This document shows, piece by piece, positions 19,318-27,521 of a DNA stretch of 64,000 bases. This stretch comes from an uncultured Desulfobacteraceae bacterium (GTDB lineage Bacteria; Desulfobacterota; Desulfobacteria; Desulfobacterales; UBA5616). The stretch is from positions 8,110 through 72,109 of the forward strand of contig CAYLRU010000008.1 in NCBI GenBank assembly GCA_964386565.1, written 5' to 3'. A model generated the notes under the pieces. The model was not told the origin of the DNA. It saw only the letters and a list, made by a program, of their open reading frames with translations, and made no database searches. The first letter of the stretch is position 1; every line of letters begins with the position of its first letter. The position numbers were made by a program, and so were the translations under genes.

Positions 19318-20904
19318 TCATTTTCGATAGATCTCGGGGGTCAGAAGGAATTTCTCCGCCGGATGAATCCGGTAGTTTTGCACATAATTATAGGCGACGG
19401 ATACCATTGATTTGTAAAACAGCACAATCACAGGACTGTCGTCATAGATAATTTCCTGAATCCGGTCATAAATTATTTTGCGCTTTTTAGGGTCAAAAGT
19501 GACTTTTCCTTTTCTCGCCAATTCGTCCAGTTCCGAGTTGTGGTATCCCATACAGTTTGACCCGGCCTGGCCGGTAAAAACATTGGAGATGAAAAAATCA
19601 GGGTCACCTTCAGGAGCAACGTTCCACATCTGCAAATTTAAATGAACCTCGCCTTTTCTCATGGCCCTGCTGATAGGTGATCCCCTTTGGGTAATTTTCA
19701 GCTTTGTAATGATGCCCACCCTATGCAATTGTGCCTGTATCAATTCAAGGACCGGTTTTAACGATGCACGTCCTTCATAGGTCCACATATTCAGTAACAA
19801 CGGCCGGCCGGCCATTTCCAATATCCCGTCTCCGTCACTGTCTTTGGCGCCGGCCTCAGCCAAAAGCTTTAATGCTTTGTCAGGGTCATAAGGATACGGT
19901 TTCAGGTTACGGTTACCCCAGGGAATGGTTCCAGGAAAAACTGACGCGCCGACTTGTCCCCCCACGCCGCCAAGAACCGTATCAACAATCTCCTGTCGAT
20001 TGATGGCATGGTTGATGGCCTTTCGGACACGGGAATCGGCAAGAGGGCCGTCTGCAATCCTTACAAAAAAAAAGCAAAGCCGATTGGTGGGTTCGTGATA
20101 GATTCGGACGTCTTTTCGCGATGCCATGCGCTTTACATCATTTTCAGGAAAATTTGTCACCACATCCAATTGTCCGGCTTCAAACGCCAGCATCCGCGTT
20201 GAAGGGTTCCTGATGATTTTCAGATGAACTTTTGCAAGCTTTGCCCTGCCCCCCCAATAACCGTCAAATCGGGACACAATCATCTCTTCCTTTGGAATCA
20301 CCTTGTCCAATACAAACGGGCCGGTGCCGTAAATTCTTTCTTTACTGCTCCCGGGGCTGACAATCCCTGTCCCAGGTGATGTTAAATAATATAAAAACGC
20401 AGCATTGGGCTTATGGGTTTCAAATACCAGGATATCGTTATCCTTAACGGTGATGTTTTTGATATCCAGCATTTTCTGTATCCGTATATTGAACACCTCG
20501 CTTTTTTTATCAATAATACGGTCAATGGACCATTTAACGGCTCTGGCGTTTAAGGGTGTATTGTCATGAAACCGGATCCCATTTTTTAATTTGATCTCCC
20601 AGATTAAAGGACTGAGGTTTTTGGATGCAGCCACGAGCCAGGGCCTTAAATTCATTTCAAAGTCAAGCACAAAGAGCGTTTCGGTCACTCCGGCCTCGTT
20701 GGTGTACCAACCGTTGGCCCCTTTGGCCGGATCAGGACATTTTACGGATGGGCCAAAAGGTTTGGCAATGATCAGTTTGTCCGGTCCGGCTGCAAAAACA
20801 CCGGTAGCAAATAATTCCAGTGAAAACAGAAGGATCAGTATAACAGCCAGACCAATCTCCCTATCTTCTTGCATGCGCAATAAAGAATGCCGGTTTTTTT
20901 TCAT
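19318..20904 (-). CDS. family 5 (DppA/NikA-type) ABC substrate-binding protein
   Basis: SBP_bac_5-like sequence across about 500 aa. Signal peptide after MKKNRHSLLRMQEDRE-IGLAVILILLFSLELFATGVFA. The start is ambiguous (20904, 20874, or up to 21051); every option overlaps the methyltransferase 3' end. Confidence 0.85.
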   Translation of the reverse strand: MKKNRHSLLRMQEDREIGLAVILILLFSLELFATGVFAAGPDKLIIAKPFGPSVKCPDPAKGANGWYTNEAGVTETLFVLDFEMNLRPWLVAASKNLSPLIWEIKLKNGIRFHDNTPLNARAVKWSIDRIIDKKSEVFNIRIQKMLDIKNITVKDNDILVFETHKPNAAFLYYLTSPGTGIVSPGSSKERIYGTGPFVLDKVIPKEEMIVSRFDGYWGGRAKLAKVHLKIIRNPSTRMLAFEAGQLDVVTNFPENDVKRMASRKDVRIYHEPTNRLCFFFVRIADGPLADSRVRKAINHAINRQEIVDTVLGGVGGQVGASVFPGTIPWGNRNLKPYPYDPDKALKLLAEAGAKDSDGDGILEMAGRPLLLNMWTYEGRASLKPVLELIQAQLHRVGIITKLKITQRGSPISRAMRKGEVHLNLQMWNVAPEGDPDFFISNVFTGQAGSNCMGYHNSELDELARKGKVTFDPKKRKIIYDRIQEIIYDDSPVIVLFYKSMVSVAYNYVQNYRIHPAEKFLLTPEIYRK

Positions 20905-21601
20905 TCTGTTTTTTGCCCCCATAAGGATTAAAGCCAACGCGAGATGTATCATAAGATCGAATCTCTTTAAAACGGGCAGCATGCAAAAGCATGCTGGCCT
21001 TTTCAAAGCAAATGCCTTCATAAAATGGAAGCGACTTTTGCAGACCGGCATAGCTTCGGAAAAAACGAAGGAAAATCATACTGCGGTTCCGGCGCATCCC
21101 TTTGAGCAATTTGAAAGCCAAATGATGAATACGCTTCCAAGTGGTATTCATCCATAACCCGTCGGATACTATCAAGATGCCTTCTGGTTTCAAAATCCGC
21201 CGCCATTCTTCAAGTGCTTTATCGGGATGCGGAAGCGTCCACAACAAATTCCGGGAAACCACCACATCAAAAGTGCTGTCACCGAACGCAAGCGCCTCGG
21301 CGTCTCCGATCTGAAAATCGATATCAAGCCCTTGATTTGCTGCATATTGCCCGGCAATGAAAAGCATGTTTTCGGCCAGATCGATACCCGTCACGTTGAA
21401 ACCGGCACGGGCGAGATATACGGCAAACTGTCCGGTCCCGGTTCCGATATCCAGCGCGCGCCTTCCGGGAGCCCCTGGAGCCAGTTCTTTTAAAATGGAT
21501 TCCCAGTTCTTGGCTATTGCAATCGACTTGTCCGTATCATGGCCGTAACTTCTGCTTCTCCAGTTCCAGTAATTTTTAATCGAAGCTTTTACCCTGTCCA
21601 T
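20861..21601 (-). CDS. class I SAM-dependent methyltransferase
   Basis: SAM-binding motif I ALDIGTGTGQFAVYLARAGFNVTGIDLAENML, then the acidic post-I and motif II region (GDAEALAFGDSTFDVVVS). Confidence 0.85.
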   Translation of the reverse strand: MDRVKASIKNYWNWRSRSYGHDTDKSIAIAKNWESILKELAPGAPGRRALDIGTGTGQFAVYLARAGFNVTGIDLAENMLFIAGQYAANQGLDIDFQIGDAEALAFGDSTFDVVVSRNLLWTLPHPDKALEEWRRILKPEGILIVSDGLWMNTTWKRIHHLAFKLLKGMRRNRSMIFLRFFRSYAGLQKSLPFYEGICFEKASMLLHAARFKEIRSYDTSRVGFNPYGGKKQNEKKPAFFIAHARR

Positions 21602-21704
21602 ATAGATCCTCTCAAAAAGCTAACCGATGCAGTTACCACCGGCAGATGCATTCCGCCCATAGAGGCTGCATCGGTAATGTCAAATCCGGGTCACACCATG
21701 GTCT

Positions 21705-24020
21705 TTAGTAGCAAACGCTCACCGTACCGAGCCAAAATCGGCCGGGGGCACGGTAGTATTCATAGTATTTTTCATCAAAAAGATTGTCCACGGAAAGGGA
21801 GAGTGCGATATGGTCCATCGGCCTGGCAGTTATCTTGGCGTCTACAATATGGTATTCGTCATCTGCTCTGTATGTTGTGTCCGCATATTGGGCATATTCA
21901 TCATCGTATCTGCTGTCACAATATCTATAGCTGATGCTCGCATCCAGGTAACGGCCGAAATAGCCAAGCCAGAGGCTCCACATGTCCGTGGGCGTCTCAT
22001 TCACTTCCCATCCCAGCTTGGAAGAAACTTGCGTTTTCGTATATTCGGACCAGTTATGCGCATAAAACAGACCGGCCTTCATATTGTGGGGCAGAAGGGC
22101 TTCAATCGAGGCCTCGATACCGTTTACCTCGGCCTCTTCGGCATTGACCCGCTTTTTCTCTGTTACCTGGGTTCCGTCCGCAAGGGTATAAGTTGTTGTT
22201 TGATTTACGATCAGGTCCTTAAAATCATTTTCAAAATAGGTTGCCTTGACCCGGATGCGCTTTTCCCAGAATTCCCATTCCGTACCGATCTCCCAGGATT
22301 TATTGGTCGTGGGGCCAAGGTCGGGATTCGGATCGGCCATGGAAATGGTTCCGCCGCCTTCCCAATAGTAGCTTGCGGTTCTGTAATACAGGGAAGGTGC
22401 GGTAAATGCTTCGCCATACGACGCCCGAACTGTACCGTTCTCAAATGGACGATACACCAACGACACTTTGGGGCTGAACTTTCCGTCATCCGTGTCCGGG
22501 TATTCGATATTACTTCCGTCAATATTGGAATAGTCTGCATCAGTACCCCACCAATGGTCGTAGCGGCCGCCCAGATAGGCAGTCAAATGGTCTGCAGGTG
22601 AATACTCCACCTGGATGAATGTTCCCAGCGTACGGTTTTTGCCTGAAGTCTCTTCCCTGACGGATACAGTGCTGTCTTTGTCGTAAGGATCGGAAAGGTT
22701 ATTGTCCGTGACCGTGGCCTCTTCCTGAACGCCTTGAATTCCCACCGTAACCAGGCATTTGTCGTTCAAATAATGAAATGTGGCTGCCAGATCGGCCTGG
22801 GCAAGGTAATTGTCTTCCACCTTATACCGGCTGTTGCTGATATTATGGGTCGCACTTTCCTTATCGTTGAAAGCGAGAAGACCAACGATATCTACCGAGT
22901 CGGGTATTGAGTGATTGAAACGCAGGGTGTGGACCATGGATTCTTTTGTTTTCGGGTTCGAAGTAAAATTAAACGGGCTCAATGTTGTTGTGTATGTGTT
23001 TCCCCCATCCTGAATATAGACATCGCCTTCATAGAGGGTTGTTCCGGATGAATTCTTCAGAAAGCTCTTCCCGTCCTTCCAACCGTATTCGAATTCGCTG
23101 ATATTGAGGCTGTACCATAACCGGGTATTGGGGGCGAAGTCATAACCTGTTTTAAAAAACAGGCCGTGGTCTTCATACCAGTTGTCGCCCTGATGACCGA
23201 TCTTGTAGCGATCATTTCCGGTTTGCGGATCAACATCCTTTTCCCAGCCTGTTACTATCGGGATATTGGGATCAAGCACACCTGTAACGGGGGTGTTCAG
23301 GCTTTTGTAAGAAGGAGTCGTGACATAGCCGTCCGAACTACGCGATTTGAAACTGAACGAGTAAAAAAAACGGTCGCCAAGGATGGTGGGGTCAAACCAG
23401 AAACTCCGTTTCCTGCCACCATTTTTCTTTCCAAAAGGTCGATCGGCAAATCTGAAACTGTAAAAATGGCTGTTCCAGTTGCCGTAAGAAGCCGAGGCAT
23501 CTATCTCCGCATCTTCCGGTATTTTTGTTGTATAATTAATAACGCCGGTCTGGGCCAACGTTCCGTATAGCGCGGAAAACGGCCCTCTGACCACGTCAAT
23601 TCTTTCCACATCCGGCATCGGTATGGCACCGGTATGCGAATAGTAGCCGTAATCGTACCAATTGACCCCGTCAACCTGAACAAGGGCTCTTTGGCTGCGG
23701 ATAACAGGCCGGGCCCAATAGTCCGCCAGCCCCCGGTACTGCCTTGGCCAGATCCCTTCCGTCAGGACAAGCGGTTTAAAGGGGTGCTCGGAATTAAAGG
23801 CCTTTATTTCATCTTCCGTAATGACGGAAACGCTTGCCGGAGCATCTATCGGCGCTTTTGGTGTTCTTGTTGCCATAACCGTTATGGGTTCAAGTTGGTA
23901 CGGTTCGGCATCATGTCTGACCGTCGACTGGTGGCCGGCGTCTTCTGTCTCAGCCCACACCGGTTGACAAATAAAAAAGATCATTGCCGCTGCAAAACAC
24001 AATATCGATTTCAACTTCAT
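21705..24020 (-). CDS. TonB-dependent outer-membrane receptor
   Basis: ATG 24020 after GGAGGAGG; signal peptide MKLKSILCFAAAMIFFICQPVWA. Plug-domain motifs (EPITVMATR, VVRGPFSALYG), a long beta-barrel and an aromatic C-terminus. Confidence 0.92.
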   Translation of the reverse strand: MKLKSILCFAAAMIFFICQPVWAETEDAGHQSTVRHDAEPYQLEPITVMATRTPKAPIDAPASVSVITEDEIKAFNSEHPFKPLVLTEGIWPRQYRGLADYWARPVIRSQRALVQVDGVNWYDYGYYSHTGAIPMPDVERIDVVRGPFSALYGTLAQTGVINYTTKIPEDAEIDASASYGNWNSHFYSFRFADRPFGKKNGGRKRSFWFDPTILGDRFFYSFSFKSRSSDGYVTTPSYKSLNTPVTGVLDPNIPIVTGWEKDVDPQTGNDRYKIGHQGDNWYEDHGLFFKTGYDFAPNTRLWYSLNISEFEYGWKDGKSFLKNSSGTTLYEGDVYIQDGGNTYTTTLSPFNFTSNPKTKESMVHTLRFNHSIPDSVDIVGLLAFNDKESATHNISNSRYKVEDNYLAQADLAATFHYLNDKCLVTVGIQGVQEEATVTDNNLSDPYDKDSTVSVREETSGKNRTLGTFIQVEYSPADHLTAYLGGRYDHWWGTDADYSNIDGSNIEYPDTDDGKFSPKVSLVYRPFENGTVRASYGEAFTAPSLYYRTASYYWEGGGTISMADPNPDLGPTTNKSWEIGTEWEFWEKRIRVKATYFENDFKDLIVNQTTTYTLADGTQVTEKKRVNAEEAEVNGIEASIEALLPHNMKAGLFYAHNWSEYTKTQVSSKLGWEVNETPTDMWSLWLGYFGRYLDASISYRYCDSRYDDEYAQYADTTYRADDEYHIVDAKITARPMDHIALSLSVDNLFDEKYYEYYRAPGRFWLGTVSVCY

Positions 24021-24228
24021 TTCAAATCCTCCTCCAAATAAAAAAGCCACGAAGTCGCTCTCCTTTCCGGGAGCACAGACCTTCGTGGCCTTTTGTTCAG
24101 GCTCTTTATATTGTTTCCGCCGATATACGGCGACATGACTTTTGGCTTTGCCCTGAAATTAAACCGTTTGCGACTTCTGCCGCAGATTAAGAAAGAATTT
24201 TTTTACTTGATATTTTCCGGGAAGTCAA
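24021..24228 (-). promoter_or_regulatory. promoter plus ~170-nt structured leader of the TonB-receptor/ABC operon (candidate attenuator/riboswitch, related to 10696-10854)
   Basis: Read on the minus strand: TTGACT (24228-24223), 17-nt spacer, TAAAAA (24205-24200). TTCAGGGC (24157-24150) can pair with GCCTGAA (24102-24096). Internal hairpin CGCCG-tatat-CGGCG (24132-24118). Terminator at 24089-24036, then GGAGGAGG (24035-24028) and ATG 24020. Confidence 0.55.
24036..24089 (-). terminator. intrinsic terminator inside the 5' leader, abutting the SD
   Basis: 5' arm GCCACGAAGGTC and 3' arm GACTTCGTGGC (one bulged G), with an inner GCTCC/GGAG(A)GC stem, followed by TTTTTTATTT and then directly GGAGGAGG. 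Confidence 0.65.
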
Positions 24229-24817
24229 GATTTTTCGCCAATTATTGTTGTTAGCACGTCGAGTATCCGGTATTCTTGACATGAAGCCATCTCAAAAAAA
24301 AACGAGGTAGTATTACAGCGCAACCAAGTTGAACCATATCGAGGAGATTCTCTGCATGGTATTCGTATCGAACAACCCATCGCCTGAAGTTTTGCAGCCA
24401 GGCGCAGAGGGCATCCTCCGGGATTTTTTTGAGACAGGTTCTAAACTGCGGGGACGTGACCGTTATGGGCAGGGGACCTGGGAAGTATTGTCCCACTACC
24501 TGAAATCCGGTGTTTCATATGATGACACGTTTCCTGGCGGTGTGATCGTGGTTCAGACCTTTGGTCGGTTTATGGAAAACCCGGAACCAGGATTCCCGAA
24601 AATTGTGCCTTATCTGATTGATTTTTTAATTTTTTGCACTTATAGTAATCAAAGAACTTGTTTTTCCCCCTGGCGTTCTTGGCATCTTGAGTGAGCGTAG
24701 CGAACGGGCGATGTGTTTTTGGGTTAAACCGTTAAGGCGCAAAGCGCCAAGAGACTTTGAATGATTTTTTTCCCTTCTGGACTCCGGTTTCTGGTATTTT
24801 GTTTTTTTTTTCTCTTT

Positions 24818-24831
24818 TTGACTTAAGTCAA
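24818..24831. promoter_or_regulatory. CRP/FNR-family-type operator TTGACTTAAGTCAA upstream of hcp
   Basis: Perfect 14-bp palindrome (TTGAC-N4-GTCAA). Its centre lies about 41.5 bp upstream of the transcription start predicted from the TATATT -10 hexamer at 24854-24859. Confidence 0.5.
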
Positions 24832-24960
24832 GGATGGTTCTGTCCGGCGCATGTATATTGTCGCCAAAAACAGCAAATAAAGCTGTGGCGAACGGAACGC
24901 TGCAACGCGAAAATCCGGAAAGGTCTACATTAATATACACAAACGAAAAGGAGGCAAACC

Positions 24961-26574
24961 ATGTTTTGTTATCAGTGCGAACAAACGGCAAAGGGTCAGG
25001 GATGTGATAAAATCGGCGTATGCGGCAAAAAACCCGATGTGGCCGCTCTGCAGGACCTGCTGCTGTATGCGGTTAAGGGGCTGTGCCAGTATGCGGTGGA
25101 AGGCCGGAAAAAGGGAATCCGGGATGCAAAGACCAACCAGTTTATCTGCGAGGCCATTTTCTCCACATTGACGAACGTCAATTTCGATCCGGAACGGTTT
25201 GTCGACCTGATCAATGAATGTGCCCGGTTACGGGATGAATTAAAAGGAAAAACCGGTGCTGAAATTTCCGGTGGAGCAGCGACATTCGTGCCGGAAGACT
25301 CGATGGATGCCCTGGTTGCCCAGGGAGAAAAGGTGGGTATTAAGTCTGACCCCGAGATAGATCCGGACATCCAGTCGCTGAAACAGTTGCTCACTTACAG
25401 TATCAAGGGTGTTGCCGCCTACGCGGACCATGCAGCCATATTGGGGCAGGCCGACGATGCCGTGTACGATTTCATCCAGGACGGTATGGTTGCTACGCTG
25501 GATACGGAAATTGGTGTGGATGACCTTATCGGACTGGTGCTCAAGTCCGGCGAGATCAACTTAAGGGCCATGGAACTGCTGGATACCGGCAATACCGGAG
25601 CCTATGGGCATCCCGTCCCCACAAAGGTGCCCCTGTACCCGAAAGCGGGAAAAGCCATCCTGGTGTCCGGCCATGACCTCAAAGACCTGGATGAAGTCCT
25701 GAGACAGACCGAGGGTAAGGGAATCAACGTTTATACCCATGGTGAAATGCTGCCCTGTCACGGATATCCCGAATTGAAGAAGTATCCCCATTTTTGGGGT
25801 CATTACGGAACGGCCTGGCAAAACCAGGCAAGGGAATTCGACGAATTCCCCGGAGCGATCATCATGACCACCAACTGCATCCAGAAACCCAGGGAGACTT
25901 ACCGGGACAATATCTTTACCACCGGCCTGGTGGGATGGCCCGGGGTCAGACATATTGCGGACAAAAATTTTGCACCGGCCATCGATAAAGCTCTGGAAAT
26001 GGAAGGCTTTAAGGAAGACGGTCAGGGCAAGTCCGTCATGGTGGGATTCGCCCACAATGCCGTCATGGGTGTGGCCGGACAGATAATCGAGGCGGTGAAA
26101 AATAAAAACATCCGTCATTTCTTCCTGGTGGGCGGATGCGACGGCGCCAAGCCCGGCCGAAGCTATTACACGGAATTCGTCGAGAAAATTCCCAAGGATT
26201 GCGTGGTGCTGACCCTCGCCTGCGGTAAATTCCGGTTTTTTGACAAGGATCTGGGCGATATCGGCGGCATTCCCCGGCTTTTGGATGTGGGGCAGTGCAA
26301 CGATGCTTACTCCGCCGTTCAGATTGCCGTTGCCCTGGCAAATGCATTTGAATGCGACGTAAACGACCTGCCGCTCTCCATGATCATTTCCTGGTATGAA
26401 CAAAAGGCCGTGGCGATCCTGCTGACCCTGCTCTACCTGGGGATCAAGGATATCCGGCTCGGCCCCAGCCTGCCGGCATTTATTTCGCCCAACGTACTGA
26501 ATGTGCTGGTTGAAAAATTCAACATCATGCCGGTAAGCACCCCGGATGAGGATCTAAAGGCAATATTGGGATAG
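24961..26574 (+). CDS. hcp: hybrid cluster protein (hydroxylamine reductase)
   Basis: N-terminal MFCYQCEQTAKGQGCDKIGVCGK Cys motif; 537 aa collinear with class I Hcp. AAAGGAGG SD upstream. Confidence 0.97.
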   Translation: MFCYQCEQTAKGQGCDKIGVCGKKPDVAALQDLLLYAVKGLCQYAVEGRKKGIRDAKTNQFICEAIFSTLTNVNFDPERFVDLINECARLRDELKGKTGAEISGGAATFVPEDSMDALVAQGEKVGIKSDPEIDPDIQSLKQLLTYSIKGVAAYADHAAILGQADDAVYDFIQDGMVATLDTEIGVDDLIGLVLKSGEINLRAMELLDTGNTGAYGHPVPTKVPLYPKAGKAILVSGHDLKDLDEVLRQTEGKGINVYTHGEMLPCHGYPELKKYPHFWGHYGTAWQNQAREFDEFPGAIIMTTNCIQKPRETYRDNIFTTGLVGWPGVRHIADKNFAPAIDKALEMEGFKEDGQGKSVMVGFAHNAVMGVAGQIIEAVKNKNIRHFFLVGGCDGAKPGRSYYTEFVEKIPKDCVVLTLACGKFRFFDKDLGDIGGIPRLLDVGQCNDAYSAVQIAVALANAFECDVNDLPLSMIISWYEQKAVAILLTLLYLGIKDIRLGPSLPAFISPNVLNVLVEKFNIMPVSTPDEDLKAILG

Positions 26575-26739
26575 TCAACCCGCGGGGTAAGGGGCGCGAC
26601 TTGCTCCCCGCATTTGATGCTGCATTGCCAAAGCGCAGGTGATGCCTTATATTGCGGTAAAAGATTGTAACGGTAAAAAGGGAATTGGGTCGGTATTTAC
26701 TACATATCAAAACAAAATTGAAACTTGAAATTTAACACG

Positions 26740-26769
26740 CCATGCATTCGACGGCTGTCGAATGCATGG
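26740..26769. repeat. perfect 13-bp inverted repeat CCATGCATTCGAC-ggct-GTCGAATGCATGG
   Basis: Read directly from the sequence. Ends 3 nt before the GGGGGAG SD of the HD-domain gene. Confidence 0.9.
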
Positions 26770-26784
26770 ACAGGGGGAGTGACC

Positions 26785-27516
26785 ATGAAATGTCCCGGAC
26801 AGGATATGCAATACTGGAAACCCGGCGCGATATATGATGCCAAATGTCCCAAGTGCGGGCATAACGTGGAATTCTTTAAAGATGACCCCACGCGCAAATG
26901 CCCGAACTGCGGTCACCGGTTCGTCAACCCCAAGATGGATTTCGGATGTGCCGCCTATTGTCCGTTTGCCGACCAATGCGTGGGTGACCTGCCCCCGGAA
27001 GTGGTGGCCCAGCGGCAAGATTTGATCAAAGATCGTGTGGCCATTGAAATGAAGCGCTATTTCAAAAACGATTTTAAACGGATCGGCCACGCCACACGGG
27101 TAGCGCGGTACGCTGAAAGAATCGGAAAAGACGAGGGCGGCAACCTGGCCGTTATTCTCATTGCCGCCTATCTCCATGATATCGGAATCCCCGAAGCTGA
27201 GAAAAAATACAACAGCAGTGCGGCGAAATACCAGGAACAGGAAGGCCCGCCGGTGGCTGAAAGCATATTGAAAAAGCTAAACGCACCAGAAGAACTGGTT
27301 AAAGAGGTATGCGACATTATCGCCCATCACCACCATCCGAGGCCGGACGACAGCCTTAATTTCAAGGTTGTATATGATGCTGATTTAATAGCGAATATTG
27401 AAGACAATCAAAAAGAAAAAGCCATTGATGGAAAAAAGATTGAACATATGATCGAAACCGCTTTTTTGACCCAAGGCGGGAAAAACCATGCAAAAAAGGT
27501 GCTGTCAAAAGGATAA
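26785..27516 (+). CDS. HD-domain phosphohydrolase with N-terminal double zinc-ribbon
   Basis: ATG after GGGGGAG. CPKCGH...CPNCGH plus CAAYCPFADQC, then the HD motif HATRVARYAERIG...LIAAYLHDIG. Confidence 0.8.
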   Translation: MKCPGQDMQYWKPGAIYDAKCPKCGHNVEFFKDDPTRKCPNCGHRFVNPKMDFGCAAYCPFADQCVGDLPPEVVAQRQDLIKDRVAIEMKRYFKNDFKRIGHATRVARYAERIGKDEGGNLAVILIAAYLHDIGIPEAEKKYNSSAAKYQEQEGPPVAESILKKLNAPEELVKEVCDIIAHHHHPRPDDSLNFKVVYDADLIANIEDNQKEKAIDGKKIEHMIETAFLTQGGKNHAKKVLSKG

Positions 27517-27521
27517 ATGCC

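Noticed and set aside
25561-26403. 280-aa minus-strand ORF inside hcp
   Set aside because: hcp is unambiguous on the plus strand, and the antisense ORF has no motif or SD.
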